Under the pieces are notes generated by a model. That model saw nothing but the letters and a program-made list of their open reading frames with translations, made no database searches and had not been told where the DNA came from. This document shows, piece by piece, positions 20,185 to 29,708 of a stretch of DNA of 64,000 nucleotides (position 1 is its first letter; the number at the start of each line of letters is the position of its first letter). The stretch is from an uncultured Verrucomicrobiae bacterium (GTDB lineage: Bacteria > Verrucomicrobiota > Verrucomicrobiia > Chthoniobacterales > JAFAMB01). Location: assembly GCA_963813025.1 (NCBI GenBank), contig CAWEXO010000011.1, forward strand, positions 64,001 through 128,000. Direction: 5' to 3'. The position numbers and the translations under genes were made by a program.

Positions 20185-20406
20185 AAAAAAGCCGCTTGGC
20201 TTTGGCCGTCCGAAATCCGTATAGTTAAGTCGTCGAAGTGTGAAGTGCTCGACCTCAACTAGAGTATTCGTTGTGACGAATCAAAGCGCGACCGGCTGGC
20301 TCGAAACTCTGCCCTAAAGATCTCGCGGACCCGAAAATCCTATTCGTAGCCAGCCGGCGCGTCCTTCTTCGCGTGGGCAGCGCGGGATTTTGCCCGACTG
20401 CCCTTG
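20185..20406 (-). ncRNA. Putative bridge RNA of IS110 copy 2 (ends approximate)
   Basis: Same sequence as 13619-13840. Confidence 0.8.
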
Positions 20407-20530
20407 GCAATGAAAACCCTTTCTTTTTTCCAAAGCTTTCTTTTCTCCGGGCGGAGTTATTCACAAGCTGGAGCTCCGACCGGTAGGGCCTCCGACCACA
20501 GCTTGCTGAATAACTCCGGACTTGCTATAC

Positions 20531-20632
20531 GAAAATTTAGCCGAGCTTCAGCGAGGACTCGTTTGAGCCGGACGCCGCGGTTGCCACCATCCAACCCGGC
20601 TCAAACAAGAAATCAAAGTCCGACACGTCCCT
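20531..20632. repeat. Right part of the REP/composite repeat interrupted by IS110 copy 2
   Basis: GAAAATTTAGCCGAGC..GTTTGAGCCGG / CCGGCTCAAAC and outer arm TCAAAGTCCGACACGTCCCT. Confidence 0.75.
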
Positions 20633-21225
20633 CAGGCCGGAGGAGCGGTGAAGGCTTTCTCTTTCCGCTCGCAACGTCCGCGTTCGCGGAGATCGATGCA
20701 GGAGGCCTCAATCCGGACGTTCAGTTTCACTGGGATAAAGCCAAAGCTGTTCGCGATAAATCGTTCGCGCAGGGTGACACATTGATCGTGCACCTGGACA
20801 ACTTGCCGGCAATCGGTGCAGATGATGTGGAAAGCGGCCGGCGATTGTTCGCGGTTCACTTCGTAATATCGATGCTCGCGGTTGAGCTCAATCTCACGGA
20901 TCAGCTGACTGTTCAAGAGCATCGGCAGCGTCCGATAAACCGTCGCCAGCGAAGTCAGCCGGTCAAGTTGCCGAGCTTTGGCCAAAAGGTCCTCGGCGTT
21001 AAAAGGCGCGTCGAAGGCAATGGCAGCGCGCACAATGACCTCGCGCGGTTTCGTCACTCGGAAACCGCTGGCCCGCAAGTACTCCAGCGCCTCGCAGAAG
21101 AGATCGTCGGGAAGCTTAGTCGTCTTCTGGTGGACTAATGCGCCGACATGTGCCGGGCGACGTTTCGCAGCAAAACTCCACGGAGAAATCTGATGTAGCG
21201 CACACTCGGTACGTTCAAATGCCAC
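20632..21225 (-). CDS. Fur-family transcriptional regulator (start uncertain)
   Basis: GFRVTKPR, SLATVYRTL, HIICTDC. Confidence 0.85.
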   Translation of the reverse strand: MAFERTECALHQISPWSFAAKRRPAHVGALVHQKTTKLPDDLFCEALEYLRASGFRVTKPREVIVRAAIAFDAPFNAEDLLAKARQLDRLTSLATVYRTLPMLLNSQLIREIELNREHRYYEVNREQSPAAFHIICTDCRQVVQVHDQCVTLRERFIANSFGFIPVKLNVRIEASCIDLRERGRCERKEKAFTAPPA

Positions 21226-21297
21226 GCGCGGCCTCCGGCAGTTCGGTTAACACCTAGCACGGTGAATCCAAATGGCGGGCGAGTCAATCGTCCCAAT

Positions 21298-22677
21298 TTA
21301 CTTCAGCTTGATATGGCGGCGGAGGAAGGTTGGCACGTCGAGATCCTGACCATCGATGATAGTTGGTTCACTCTTCTCAAAGCGCCCACGGGAGACGGGT
21401 TCAAACTGCAAAGTCTCCTGCTTTGGTTCGGGCTTTTTCGGAATGGGCGGTTTTGCTACTTCCGGTCGGGCGACAGCTTTCGGCGCGACTGCCCGTTCCG
21501 GTTCAGCGAGCGCAAGCACTCCTTCGATAGGCTTCGAAGGAGCGGGCGGAGCAGGTGCCTCGGTATTTGCCCGGATCTCGACCGCGGGAATCGAATTCAC
21601 CGAGGGCTCGGACCGGAGCGGTCCAAGCGCTGGACGATTCTCTTCGGCTGAACTTGGTTCGGGCAACGCCGCTCGAGCCGGTGGAAGCGGTTTTTCGGAG
21701 TCATCTCCCAGAGAACTTAAAATACTGACGGCCAGCCGTCCTCCCATGCGGGGATCCACGGCAATACCCATGAACAGATGGGTGGCATCGTTGATATGCC
21801 TGTTGAGCTCCTCCATGATGATTTGCACCTCTCCCAGGGTCACATTCGTGCCGCCGCGAATGTGGATAATGGCGTGAAAGGTGTTCTCGAGAAGCTCTCC
21901 GCGGTTCATGAGTGGATTCTTTAAGGCTTTCGCCAATGCCTCATGCGCCCGATTCTCGCCATCGGCGTCTCCGTAGCCAAAGAGCGCGCGCGCATCCCCA
22001 CGCCGGAGGACAGCGGCAACATCGTCGAAACCAATCTTGAGCAAACCAGGCCGCTGCAACAGGCCGGCGAGGGAACGAATGCTTTGGCTGATCGTAAGAT
22101 CGGCCGCGGCAAAGGCTTCATGCACACCCATTCGAGGCAAAGCGATTTCTGCCATTCGATCGTTTTCAAAGCAAACGACCGCATCGCACACCGAGCGCAG
22201 TTCGCGTAAGCCGGCCTCGGCTTGCGCGCAGCGCCGCCGGCCCTCAAATCCGAACGGCAAGGCCGCGAATGCCAGGACGAGCGCGTTTTCTTCACGGGCT
22301 AATCGCGCGACAAAGGGACCTGCACCTGAGCCAGTGCCGCCACCCAGGCCGATACAGAGGAAAATGGCCGTAGCGCCCCGCAGAACCGAGCGAATTTCGT
22401 CGCTGGCCTCATCCGCAGCGGCCAAGCCCATTTCGGGATCTCCTCCGGCCCCGAGTCCGCGCGTGAGGTTGCGCCCAAGTTGTACCTTTTGCGCGGCAAC
22501 CGACGCAGCCAAGGACTGTACATCGGTGTTAATCGCGACCATCTCCACCCCGTCGACACCGTCCAGCATCACCCGATCAAGCACGTTTGACCCTGCGCCG
22601 CCGATTCCGATGACTTTGATTGTCACTGAGCTATCCAGGCTGTCGCCCCGCTCGTACTGCCGATTTAGTTGCACCAT
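21298..22677 (-). CDS. ftsZ: Cell division protein FtsZ
   Basis: IKVIGIGGAGSN, INTD, GLGGGTGSG, C-terminal LDVPTFLR. Confidence 0.95.
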   Translation of the reverse strand: MVQLNRQYERGDSLDSSVTIKVIGIGGAGSNVLDRVMLDGVDGVEMVAINTDVQSLAASVAAQKVQLGRNLTRGLGAGGDPEMGLAAADEASDEIRSVLRGATAIFLCIGLGGGTGSGAGPFVARLAREENALVLAFAALPFGFEGRRRCAQAEAGLRELRSVCDAVVCFENDRMAEIALPRMGVHEAFAAADLTISQSIRSLAGLLQRPGLLKIGFDDVAAVLRRGDARALFGYGDADGENRAHEALAKALKNPLMNRGELLENTFHAIIHIRGGTNVTLGEVQIIMEELNRHINDATHLFMGIAVDPRMGGRLAVSILSSLGDDSEKPLPPARAALPEPSSAEENRPALGPLRSEPSVNSIPAVEIRANTEAPAPPAPSKPIEGVLALAEPERAVAPKAVARPEVAKPPIPKKPEPKQETLQFEPVSRGRFEKSEPTIIDGQDLDVPTFLRRHIKLK

Positions 22678-22684
22678 AGGTCAG

Positions 22685-23902
22685 TCAGTTTCGAAAAATT
22701 CCGCTAAGCTTTTGGAATGTGCGTCGGATCAAGCCGGCGGAAGAGGGTCGATCCAGCTGAACCAGATGCGCATAGCGCACCAGCCCCAGCGCGGTTGCAT
22801 ATTGAGGATTTTCAAAGGCAGATGTCACGCCGGCGATTGGTATCGGGCGCGCAATGCGCACCGGCAGTTCAAAGATTTCTGCGGCCAAGTGTTCCAGTCC
22901 GCGGATCTGGCTGCATCCCCCCGTGATAAACAAGCCTGCCCCAACGTAGTGCAGATTATGTTCGCTCTCGGTCTGGCGTTTGATGATCTCCAGAATTTCC
23001 CGAAGCCGCGCATGAATAATCTGATTCAGCAACTCCCGCTCGATTTCGCGGCCTGCGAATCCGGTTTCATCTTTCAATAAAATAGTTTCGCCCGGGAACG
23101 CCGTTCCTAACGTGGCGCTGCCCTCATCGATCTTGAGTTTCTCGGCCCTGGTCGTGGGTATCTTTAAGCCAATGGAGATATCGTTCGTGATGTGGTCGCC
23201 CCCAACCGCGACCACGCCGCTTTGCTTTACGGCGCCATCGACATAGACCAGGTAATCGGTTGTCCCGCCGCCGATGTCGATCACCAGCGCACCCAACTGT
23301 TTCTCATTCTTATCGAGCACCGCTTGTGCGGTCGCGAAAGAATTGATGACGACGTCCGCCGGTTCCAGCTCCAGCTCCTTGACGCAACGAATCGCATTTT
23401 GCACCCGGGTGCGAATCCCATAGACAATGTGGAAGTCCGCTTCCAACCGCTTTCCCAATAGGCCCACTGGGTTCAGCACTCCGTCCTGCCCGTCGACAAA
23501 ATAATGTTGAATGATCGTATGCAGAATACAATCCTCCGCCGGCAGGCTGACTTCCCGAGCGTTGGTCCGAACATCTTCGAGATCCTGTTCGTCGATCTCC
23601 TCCCGCCCTTCCTCCAGCAAGATTTGGCCCCGATTGTTAAAACTTCGGATATGACCGCCGGTGATGCCCAGATATACTTCGCTGATTTCAACGTCACTTT
23701 TTTCTTCGGCATCGACCACCGCGTCGTGCACGCAACGGCGGGCGGTATCAAAATCAACAATCTCGCCCTTACGGACCCCCCGGGAAGGAGCGCTGCCTAC
23801 CCCGAGCACCTTCAGCGAACCGTCGTGCTTGGCTTCCGCGACCACGACACATATCTTAAAAGTTCCGATCTCCAGGCCGACAAAGATATTTTCTTTACCC
23901 AT
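22685..23902 (-). CDS. ftsA: Cell division protein FtsA
   Basis: VGLEIGT, GVRKGEIVD, IDIGGGTTD, ITGG; upstream of ftsZ. Confidence 0.95.
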   Translation of the reverse strand: MGKENIFVGLEIGTFKICVVVAEAKHDGSLKVLGVGSAPSRGVRKGEIVDFDTARRCVHDAVVDAEEKSDVEISEVYLGITGGHIRSFNNRGQILLEEGREEIDEQDLEDVRTNAREVSLPAEDCILHTIIQHYFVDGQDGVLNPVGLLGKRLEADFHIVYGIRTRVQNAIRCVKELELEPADVVINSFATAQAVLDKNEKQLGALVIDIGGGTTDYLVYVDGAVKQSGVVAVGGDHITNDISIGLKIPTTRAEKLKIDEGSATLGTAFPGETILLKDETGFAGREIERELLNQIIHARLREILEIIKRQTESEHNLHYVGAGLFITGGCSQIRGLEHLAAEIFELPVRIARPIPIAGVTSAFENPQYATALGLVRYAHLVQLDRPSSAGLIRRTFQKLSGIFRN

Positions 23903-24965
23903 TGGCTCGAGCTTTCTCCACCGGCAACGCCCGGCGAACACGGGGTGGTCGGGTCCGCGGCGGTTTGGCTGGTTCCGCCTTCCTTTCCTCTTTCTGGTCG
24001 CCTACGGGAGCTACCGTTTTTGCCGCTTCTTCGGAGTTATCGACAGGCAAGCCCGGGCTCGCGACTGGCTCGGCGGCCTGCACGAAGGTGACTGGAATGT
24101 TGCGCTCGGGCATTAAGTTAACTGACTGCAGTTCCTTGCCGTTGTGTTCGCAATAGTTCAGGATCGGCTCGAGCCGGTGCAACTGCTCCTCGATCTGGTC
24201 AGGACGAAACGTTATGCTCGTGTGTTGTTTGTCCGTCGCAACCAGGGCGTAGGCCTTAGAAACGTCGATCGTCTGGAATTGAAGCCGGCCCGGCAGAATC
24301 TCGGAGGAGGCACGCAATATTTCCAAGGCCGCCTTTACTTCATCGGCCTCGACCGGCTTCCCCGGAAGGCAGCCGGTCACGTTAGCTCCAATGATCAAGG
24401 GCAACGTAAGGTATTCCGGCACCAAGGTTTTGGTCTTCAAGAGAATCCCGCGTCGATCGACGAGATAAGCATTATTGAAATTGAACGAACCGGCGCTTGC
24501 TTCCGGCATCAGCCACGCAACTGGCCGCCGCTCGCGAATCGAGATTACGACCTTATCTGGAAGGACGCGCTCGATACGGCTTTCCTCGACTTGCGGAAGC
24601 CTGCCTAACTTTTCCTGAATTTGTGGCAGGTTGACCGAAAAAATGTTAACTCCTTCATTCAATTTCGCCGCCTGCAAAACTGCGTCACGAGTTAGTTTAC
24701 CGTCGACGCTCACCTCAATGTTTTTGACCGCATAATCCGGGTTGGCGAAAAAAAGCGCATTCAGGGCGTTCTTGGCTCCGAAGACAACGGCGCCCACACC
24801 TGCGCCAAGGAGAATGAACAAACAAAATCCAAAGAACATCTTCTGGGTTCGTTTCGCCGAAGCTTTCCGGGCGCGAACCTTGACATCGAGAAGATGTTGC
24901 TGACGCCGTTGCCGTGAGGTCGACAGGCGTCGATTTTGTCGCCGCGTTGTTTTCTTCGCTATCAC
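23895..24965 (-). CDS. ftsQ: Cell division protein FtsQ/DivIB
   Basis: Basic N-tail, single TM, POTRA-like region, ERVLPDKVVISIRERRPVA; dcw position. Confidence 0.85.
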   Translation of the reverse strand: MIAKKTTRRQNRRLSTSRQRRQQHLLDVKVRARKASAKRTQKMFFGFCLFILLGAGVGAVVFGAKNALNALFFANPDYAVKNIEVSVDGKLTRDAVLQAAKLNEGVNIFSVNLPQIQEKLGRLPQVEESRIERVLPDKVVISIRERRPVAWLMPEASAGSFNFNNAYLVDRRGILLKTKTLVPEYLTLPLIIGANVTGCLPGKPVEADEVKAALEILRASSEILPGRLQFQTIDVSKAYALVATDKQHTSITFRPDQIEEQLHRLEPILNYCEHNGKELQSVNLMPERNIPVTFVQAAEPVASPGLPVDNSEEAAKTVAPVGDQKEERKAEPAKPPRTRPPRVRRALPVEKARANG

Positions 24966-25122
24966 TACCTTTACTTCTCTTGCGTGCCTACTCCGCTGCG
25001 CATCTCTCATCGGCTACGCAGGGAACCCTTGCGCGTGCCCGAGGACACCGCCGACTCTCGTCGCTATAACAGAGACCCACCGGATATCCAAGCCTTGATC
25101 GCGTATTTTCCCGCCAACCGCT

Positions 25123-27441
25123 TCAAACTATCTCGTCCGTTCCCACAATCTGAACTTCTGTCTCCAACCGAATGCCGCGGCTTCGTTTGGCGACATCCTG
25201 GATCTCGGAGATTAAATTCAGAATGTCCTGTGCCCTGGCTCCTCCATCATTGACGATAAAGTTACCGTGGACTTCCGATATTCGCGCCAAACCGACCGAG
25301 CGGTTTTTCAGGCCTAGTTCCTGGACGAGACGTCCGGCTGGGCATTCAGCGGGATTCTTAAAAATGCAACCGGCGCTCGCGGCGACAGGTTGGGTCGCTT
25401 TGCGGTGCGCCATCGACTCAGCGAGCAGCCGGTCAATCTCCCGCCGATCGACCGGGACACCGGTAAACGTAGCCGCCACCGCAAACTGCTCCCGGAGCGT
25501 CGGAACGTTCCGATAATGAATCGTCATCTGAGCTGGAGTAAGCGTCTCAAATTCGCCTTTGGCGTTCACCACTTGCACCTCCACAACCTGACCGAACGTC
25601 TCTCGCCCCATGGCTCCGGCATTCATGCGCAAGCTTCCACCAACATTGCCGGGAATACCCTCCATCCACTCAAATCCGCCAAGCCCGGCTGACGTGGCCA
25701 GGGCGGCCAATTGCTTGAGGCGCACACCGGCACCGGCTCGAATACGGTTTCCCTCTACGATCGCTTCGCTGAAGTGACCCCGATTGAGATGAATGACGAC
25801 ACCGGCAATCCCCCCGTCGCGCACCAGCAAGTTCGAACCCCGGCCAACAAAGAAAACCGGCAACCGATTCGCGGAACAATACGCCAGGACGTTTGCTAAT
25901 CCGCCGCGGGTCTCGGGTTCCAGCCAAAACCGCGCGGGTCCGCCGACCCGTAAGGTCGTATGCTTGGAAAGCGGTTCATAAAGGCGCAGCTCGCCCCGGC
26001 CCATGTTCTCCTGGAGTTCCGCGGCAATTTGGAAATCCGCCGCCAGCCGGGCTGCTTCTTCGTGGACGTCACCGGCTCCCAGGCTCAACAGGAGATCACC
26101 CGGGCGAACAATCCGCCCAACTTCACTATGCAGCAGCTCGCGTCGAGCGACGTACGATACCGCCGGATGCTGAGCTGTCTTCACCGCTTGCACGATGATG
26201 TTACCATCGACTCCCGGGATCGGCTGTTCACCAGCGGAATAAACATCGGTGATGTAAACCACGTCCGCCAGGTTAAACGCCTCTCCAAACTGTTCCCGCA
26301 GCGCCTGGGTACGACTGTACCGGTGCGGTTGAAACATCACCACTACCCGGTTGCGTTGCATTGCTCGGGCGGTGGTCAGAGTCGCCCGAATCTCCGTCGG
26401 GTGATGCCCGTAATCATCGACCACCAAAAAGTCCGATGCGCAATAGCGCACCTCGAATCTTCGACGTGCTCCGCGAAACGTCTCGAGTCCGTAAGCGATC
26501 TTCGAAAACTGGATTTCGAGCCGGTCCGCCAGAGCGATCACCGAAAGCGCATTGCTGACATTGTGAACTCCCGGCACTCCAAGACGGACTCTGCCGAGAC
26601 ATTCGCCGCTTCGGCGGTACACTTCGAATTCCGATGCCGCAGTGTCGGCGGTCATCATTTGAAAATGATAGTCGGCCTCCTGGTTACAACCAAATGACAC
26701 GGTGTTGGGAAGACCTCCGCAAATCCGCGTCGAGTGGACATCATCGGCGCAGTAGAAGATCGTGTTGCGGGTTTGCGCGATGAGCTGACAGAATACCCTT
26801 TCGATTGCAGCCAGATCCTCGTAGTAATCGAGATGTTCTTCCTCGATGTTGAGAATGATGGCGTATTCCGGACAGTAGTTCCGCAAGCTACCGTCACTTT
26901 CGTCGCCTTCCGCGACGAACAGTTCGCTCGCTGCTTCCCAGTGTGCATTTGTCCCCAGCAGCGGGATCTCTGCTCCCACGTAGTGGGATGGTTTTGCTCC
27001 ACCCACCCGTAGAACATGAGCCGCCATGGCCGCCGTGGTGGTCTTTCCGTGCATGCCGGCGATGACAACGCCCTTTTTCGTCGACATGACTGCCGCCAGC
27101 GCTTCCGCTCTCCGGATCATCGGCAGACCCAGGCGCTCTGCTTCGTCGTAGGCTGGATTGCCGGATCTGATGGCGGACGAGTAGATAACAACCTCCGCGG
27201 TTCGAACAGTTTCCGCAGTCTGCGGTAGATAAAAGGTCAATCCCATTTGCTCAAGGCGGCGGGTCTCGAGCGTACTGACCCGATCGGATCCGCTGACCTG
27301 GTGACCCAGCTCGAGGAGCAATCCTGCGATGCCGCTCATACCGGAACCGGCAACACCTATCAGGTGGACTCGCCGCGGAACGCCCAGTAGCAGTTTGGTC
27401 GCGCTTATCATTCCGTCGGGTATCATCATCGACTTTGGCAA
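25123..27441 (-). CDS. murC: Fused MurC (UDP-MurNAc-Ala ligase) - MurB (UDP-N-acetylenolpyruvoylglucosamine reductase)
   Basis: GVAGSGMSG, GMHGKTTT, EGDESD, DDYGHHPTE, then HTTLRVGGPA, GRGSNLL, MNAGA, SAGCIFKNP, HGNFIVN in one frame. Confidence 0.93.
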   Translation of the reverse strand: MPKSMMIPDGMISATKLLLGVPRRVHLIGVAGSGMSGIAGLLLELGHQVSGSDRVSTLETRRLEQMGLTFYLPQTAETVRTAEVVIYSSAIRSGNPAYDEAERLGLPMIRRAEALAAVMSTKKGVVIAGMHGKTTTAAMAAHVLRVGGAKPSHYVGAEIPLLGTNAHWEAASELFVAEGDESDGSLRNYCPEYAIILNIEEEHLDYYEDLAAIERVFCQLIAQTRNTIFYCADDVHSTRICGGLPNTVSFGCNQEADYHFQMMTADTAASEFEVYRRSGECLGRVRLGVPGVHNVSNALSVIALADRLEIQFSKIAYGLETFRGARRRFEVRYCASDFLVVDDYGHHPTEIRATLTTARAMQRNRVVVMFQPHRYSRTQALREQFGEAFNLADVVYITDVYSAGEQPIPGVDGNIIVQAVKTAQHPAVSYVARRELLHSEVGRIVRPGDLLLSLGAGDVHEEAARLAADFQIAAELQENMGRGELRLYEPLSKHTTLRVGGPARFWLEPETRGGLANVLAYCSANRLPVFFVGRGSNLLVRDGGIAGVVIHLNRGHFSEAIVEGNRIRAGAGVRLKQLAALATSAGLGGFEWMEGIPGNVGGSLRMNAGAMGRETFGQVVEVQVVNAKGEFETLTPAQMTIHYRNVPTLREQFAVAATFTGVPVDRREIDRLLAESMAHRKATQPVAASAGCIFKNPAECPAGRLVQELGLKNRSVGLARISEVHGNFIVNDGGARAQDILNLISEIQDVAKRSRGIRLETEVQIVGTDEIV

Positions 27442-28508
27442 ATTACTTCCGCGATCCGAGCAGCGGCGTCCGCCGGAGCAAGCACGCGCATGCGTTCGCG
27501 CATCGTCTCTCTTCGGCCCGAATCATTCAGGATGGCCTGGATGCTGCCCGCCAGCGCCCCTCCGTTTACGCGCGACTCCTCTATTACCTCGGCGGCGCCT
27601 CCGCGCGCAAATATTTCCGCATTGAGCAGTTGATGGTTCTCGGCAGCAAAAGGATACGGGATGAGAATACTTGGGACTCCAAAATAAGAAATCTCAGTCA
27701 GACTTGCTGCGCCCGAACGAGCAATCGCGAGATCGGCGACCGAGTAGACTTCCTCCATCCGATGGTAAAAAGCGGAAACATACGCCGGTAAACCGTCCCG
27801 GCGATACTGATCTCGCACAGCGGCTTCATCCTCCTTGCCGGTAAGGTGAACAAATTGAACCGGCCAGCCCAGGAACCGGGGTAGCAGCTGGAGGACAGCC
27901 TGATTTAGCGCATGAGCACCCTGGCTGCCGCCCATCACCAGGACCGTCTGAAGGTTTGGTTTGAGATTCAAAGAAGCGAGACTAGCGCTGCGATCCAGCG
28001 GCCGACGTAACGAACTGCGAATCGGCGTGCCAGTAATTTCGACCGCCGCCTCTGGAAAATGTTTGGCGCACTCAGCAAAGCCGAGGAGGACCCGATCGCA
28101 GAACTGCGCATTTAACCGATTCGCTTTTCCCGGTATCGCATTTGATTCGTGCAGATAGGTGCGCAGCCGGAGTAGCCGGCCAGCGATAATCGGACCGGTG
28201 GACGTAAATCCGCCCATCCCCAGAACAGCCTGAGGACGGAATTTCCGAAACAGAGCCCGGCAGCGAGCGAGTCCGTGCAGGAATTTTCCAGCGAAGCTGA
28301 CCACCTGCAGCGAATTCCAGCGAGGCAGCCCAACCGCCGGGATTTTGTCGATCTGAAATTCCGGCCAGGCGCGCACGGCGGTGGCGTCGATCTCCCTCTC
28401 AGAAATCAATACCAAGACTTGATGCCCCTGGGCGCGCAAAGTTTCCGCTACTGCCAACCCGGGAAACAAATGGCCTCCCGTTCCTCCGCAAGCAATGGCG
28501 ACATTCAT
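27426..28508 (-). CDS. murG: MurG glycosyltransferase
   Basis: GGTGGHLFPG, HESN, GGSQGA, RSGAAS. Confidence 0.95.
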   Translation of the reverse strand: MNVAIACGGTGGHLFPGLAVAETLRAQGHQVLVLISEREIDATAVRAWPEFQIDKIPAVGLPRWNSLQVVSFAGKFLHGLARCRALFRKFRPQAVLGMGGFTSTGPIIAGRLLRLRTYLHESNAIPGKANRLNAQFCDRVLLGFAECAKHFPEAAVEITGTPIRSSLRRPLDRSASLASLNLKPNLQTVLVMGGSQGAHALNQAVLQLLPRFLGWPVQFVHLTGKEDEAAVRDQYRRDGLPAYVSAFYHRMEEVYSVADLAIARSGAASLTEISYFGVPSILIPYPFAAENHQLLNAEIFARGGAAEVIEESRVNGGALAGSIQAILNDSGRRETMRERMRVLAPADAAARIAEVICQSR

Positions 28509-28533
28509 TCGGCTTCCTGCTCACTCGGACGTC

Positions 28534-29679
28534 TCAGATGCGTGAGAGATGTCTCACGCGAACCATCATTTGATTCTGCCCTCCGGGCTTCTCCTCTTTG
28601 CCCTGGCGATAGATATTAATGAGGACACCGATACACATGAGGCAGAAAAACAGGTTCGACCCGCCATAGCTGATAAAAGGCAACGGGAGCCCTTTGTTGG
28701 GCAGGAGCGAAGTTGTCACTCCAATATTAATCGCCGCCTGCAAACCAATGATGGATGTACAGCCAAAACCCAGCAGCAGACCGAATCGATCCTTGGCGTT
28801 GAGCGCGATCAATGTGCCAGCCGTGAGTACCAGCAGATAACAAAAGACGATTATCAAGGTAACCCGCAAGCCAAGTTCCTCACCAACAACTGGAAAAATA
28901 AAGTCGGTGTGCGCATAAGGAAGATAGAGCATTTTTTGCCGGCCGTTTCCAAGACCGAGACCCTCAATACCGCCTGAGCCGAATGCAATCAGACCCATCA
29001 ACTGCTGGTGACCTTCTGTCTCCTGGTATCGCTCCGGGTTCAGAAACGCGAGCAACCGGCCTTGTCGTTGCGAGATATGCCAGGCAAGCAGCAGAATTCC
29101 GCCAACTCCTGAGCAGACCAGCGGCCCAAGGAAGCGCAGACTCGATCCACCGACGAACATCATGAGAAAGACCGTCCCTCCGATCAAGAGAGTGGTCCCG
29201 AGATCTGTCTCCATAATGATCAAGGTCAGGACTGCGCCCACCGTCGCCAGCGGATACAAAAATCCTTTGAGTAATTGGTTACGCTCGGTCTCGAACCGGG
29301 AGAACCACCAGGCGACGAAAACGACTATCGCAAATTTGGCCAGCTCCGATGGTTGAAAAGTAACCGGCCCCGCATGAACCCAGCGCCATGACCCATTGAT
29401 CCGCATGCCAATGGGTCGAACAAAACACAGGCTCAGAAAGATGACGGCAGCGAGCAGCCAGATTATCCAGGTCCGTTGCCAGAAATGATAATCGAGAATC
29501 GCGCAAACGACCGCGTTGAGAAAACCGATGACCAACCAGAAACTCTGTTTCTTCAGGAAACTGAATTCATCACCATGGCTATCTGGCGCATACGCGCCTG
29601 TGCTGAACAGCATGACAATCCCGATCGTAACCAGCGTTGCTACCGCAAGGACGAGAAGATAGGCGCTGTGTTTACGCAT
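28534..29679 (-). CDS. ftsW: SEDS peptidoglycan polymerase FtsW
   Basis: FQPSELAK, LPYAHTDFIF, GEELG, LPFISYGGS. Confidence 0.93.
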   Translation of the reverse strand: MRKHSAYLLVLAVATLVTIGIVMLFSTGAYAPDSHGDEFSFLKKQSFWLVIGFLNAVVCAILDYHFWQRTWIIWLLAAVIFLSLCFVRPIGMRINGSWRWVHAGPVTFQPSELAKFAIVVFVAWWFSRFETERNQLLKGFLYPLATVGAVLTLIIMETDLGTTLLIGGTVFLMMFVGGSSLRFLGPLVCSGVGGILLLAWHISQRQGRLLAFLNPERYQETEGHQQLMGLIAFGSGGIEGLGLGNGRQKMLYLPYAHTDFIFPVVGEELGLRVTLIIVFCYLLVLTAGTLIALNAKDRFGLLLGFGCTSIIGLQAAINIGVTTSLLPNKGLPLPFISYGGSNLFFCLMCIGVLINIYRQGKEEKPGGQNQMMVRVRHLSRI

Positions 29680-29708
29680 TGCTTTCGGTGTTCAAGGACT
29701 CTAGTGCA

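Larger units (their letters stand above)
18846..20530 (-). mobile_element. IS110-family insertion sequence, copy 2 (1685 bp)
   Basis: Near-identical to copy 1; differences seen at 12646/19212 (E to Q), 13259/19825 (silent) and the terminal duplication. Confidence 0.93.

Noticed and set aside
12280..20530. Composite transposon carrying the sigma factor region between two direct IS copies
   Set aside because: Each copy restores its own repeat when removed, and the outer arms at 18599 and 20613 pair across copy 2 alone, so independent insertions are more likely. Deletion or amplification by recombination between copies remains possible.
20404..21138. 244-aa plus-strand ORF starting in the IS end
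   Set aside because: Chimeric read-through of IS end, repeat and the fur antisense strand.
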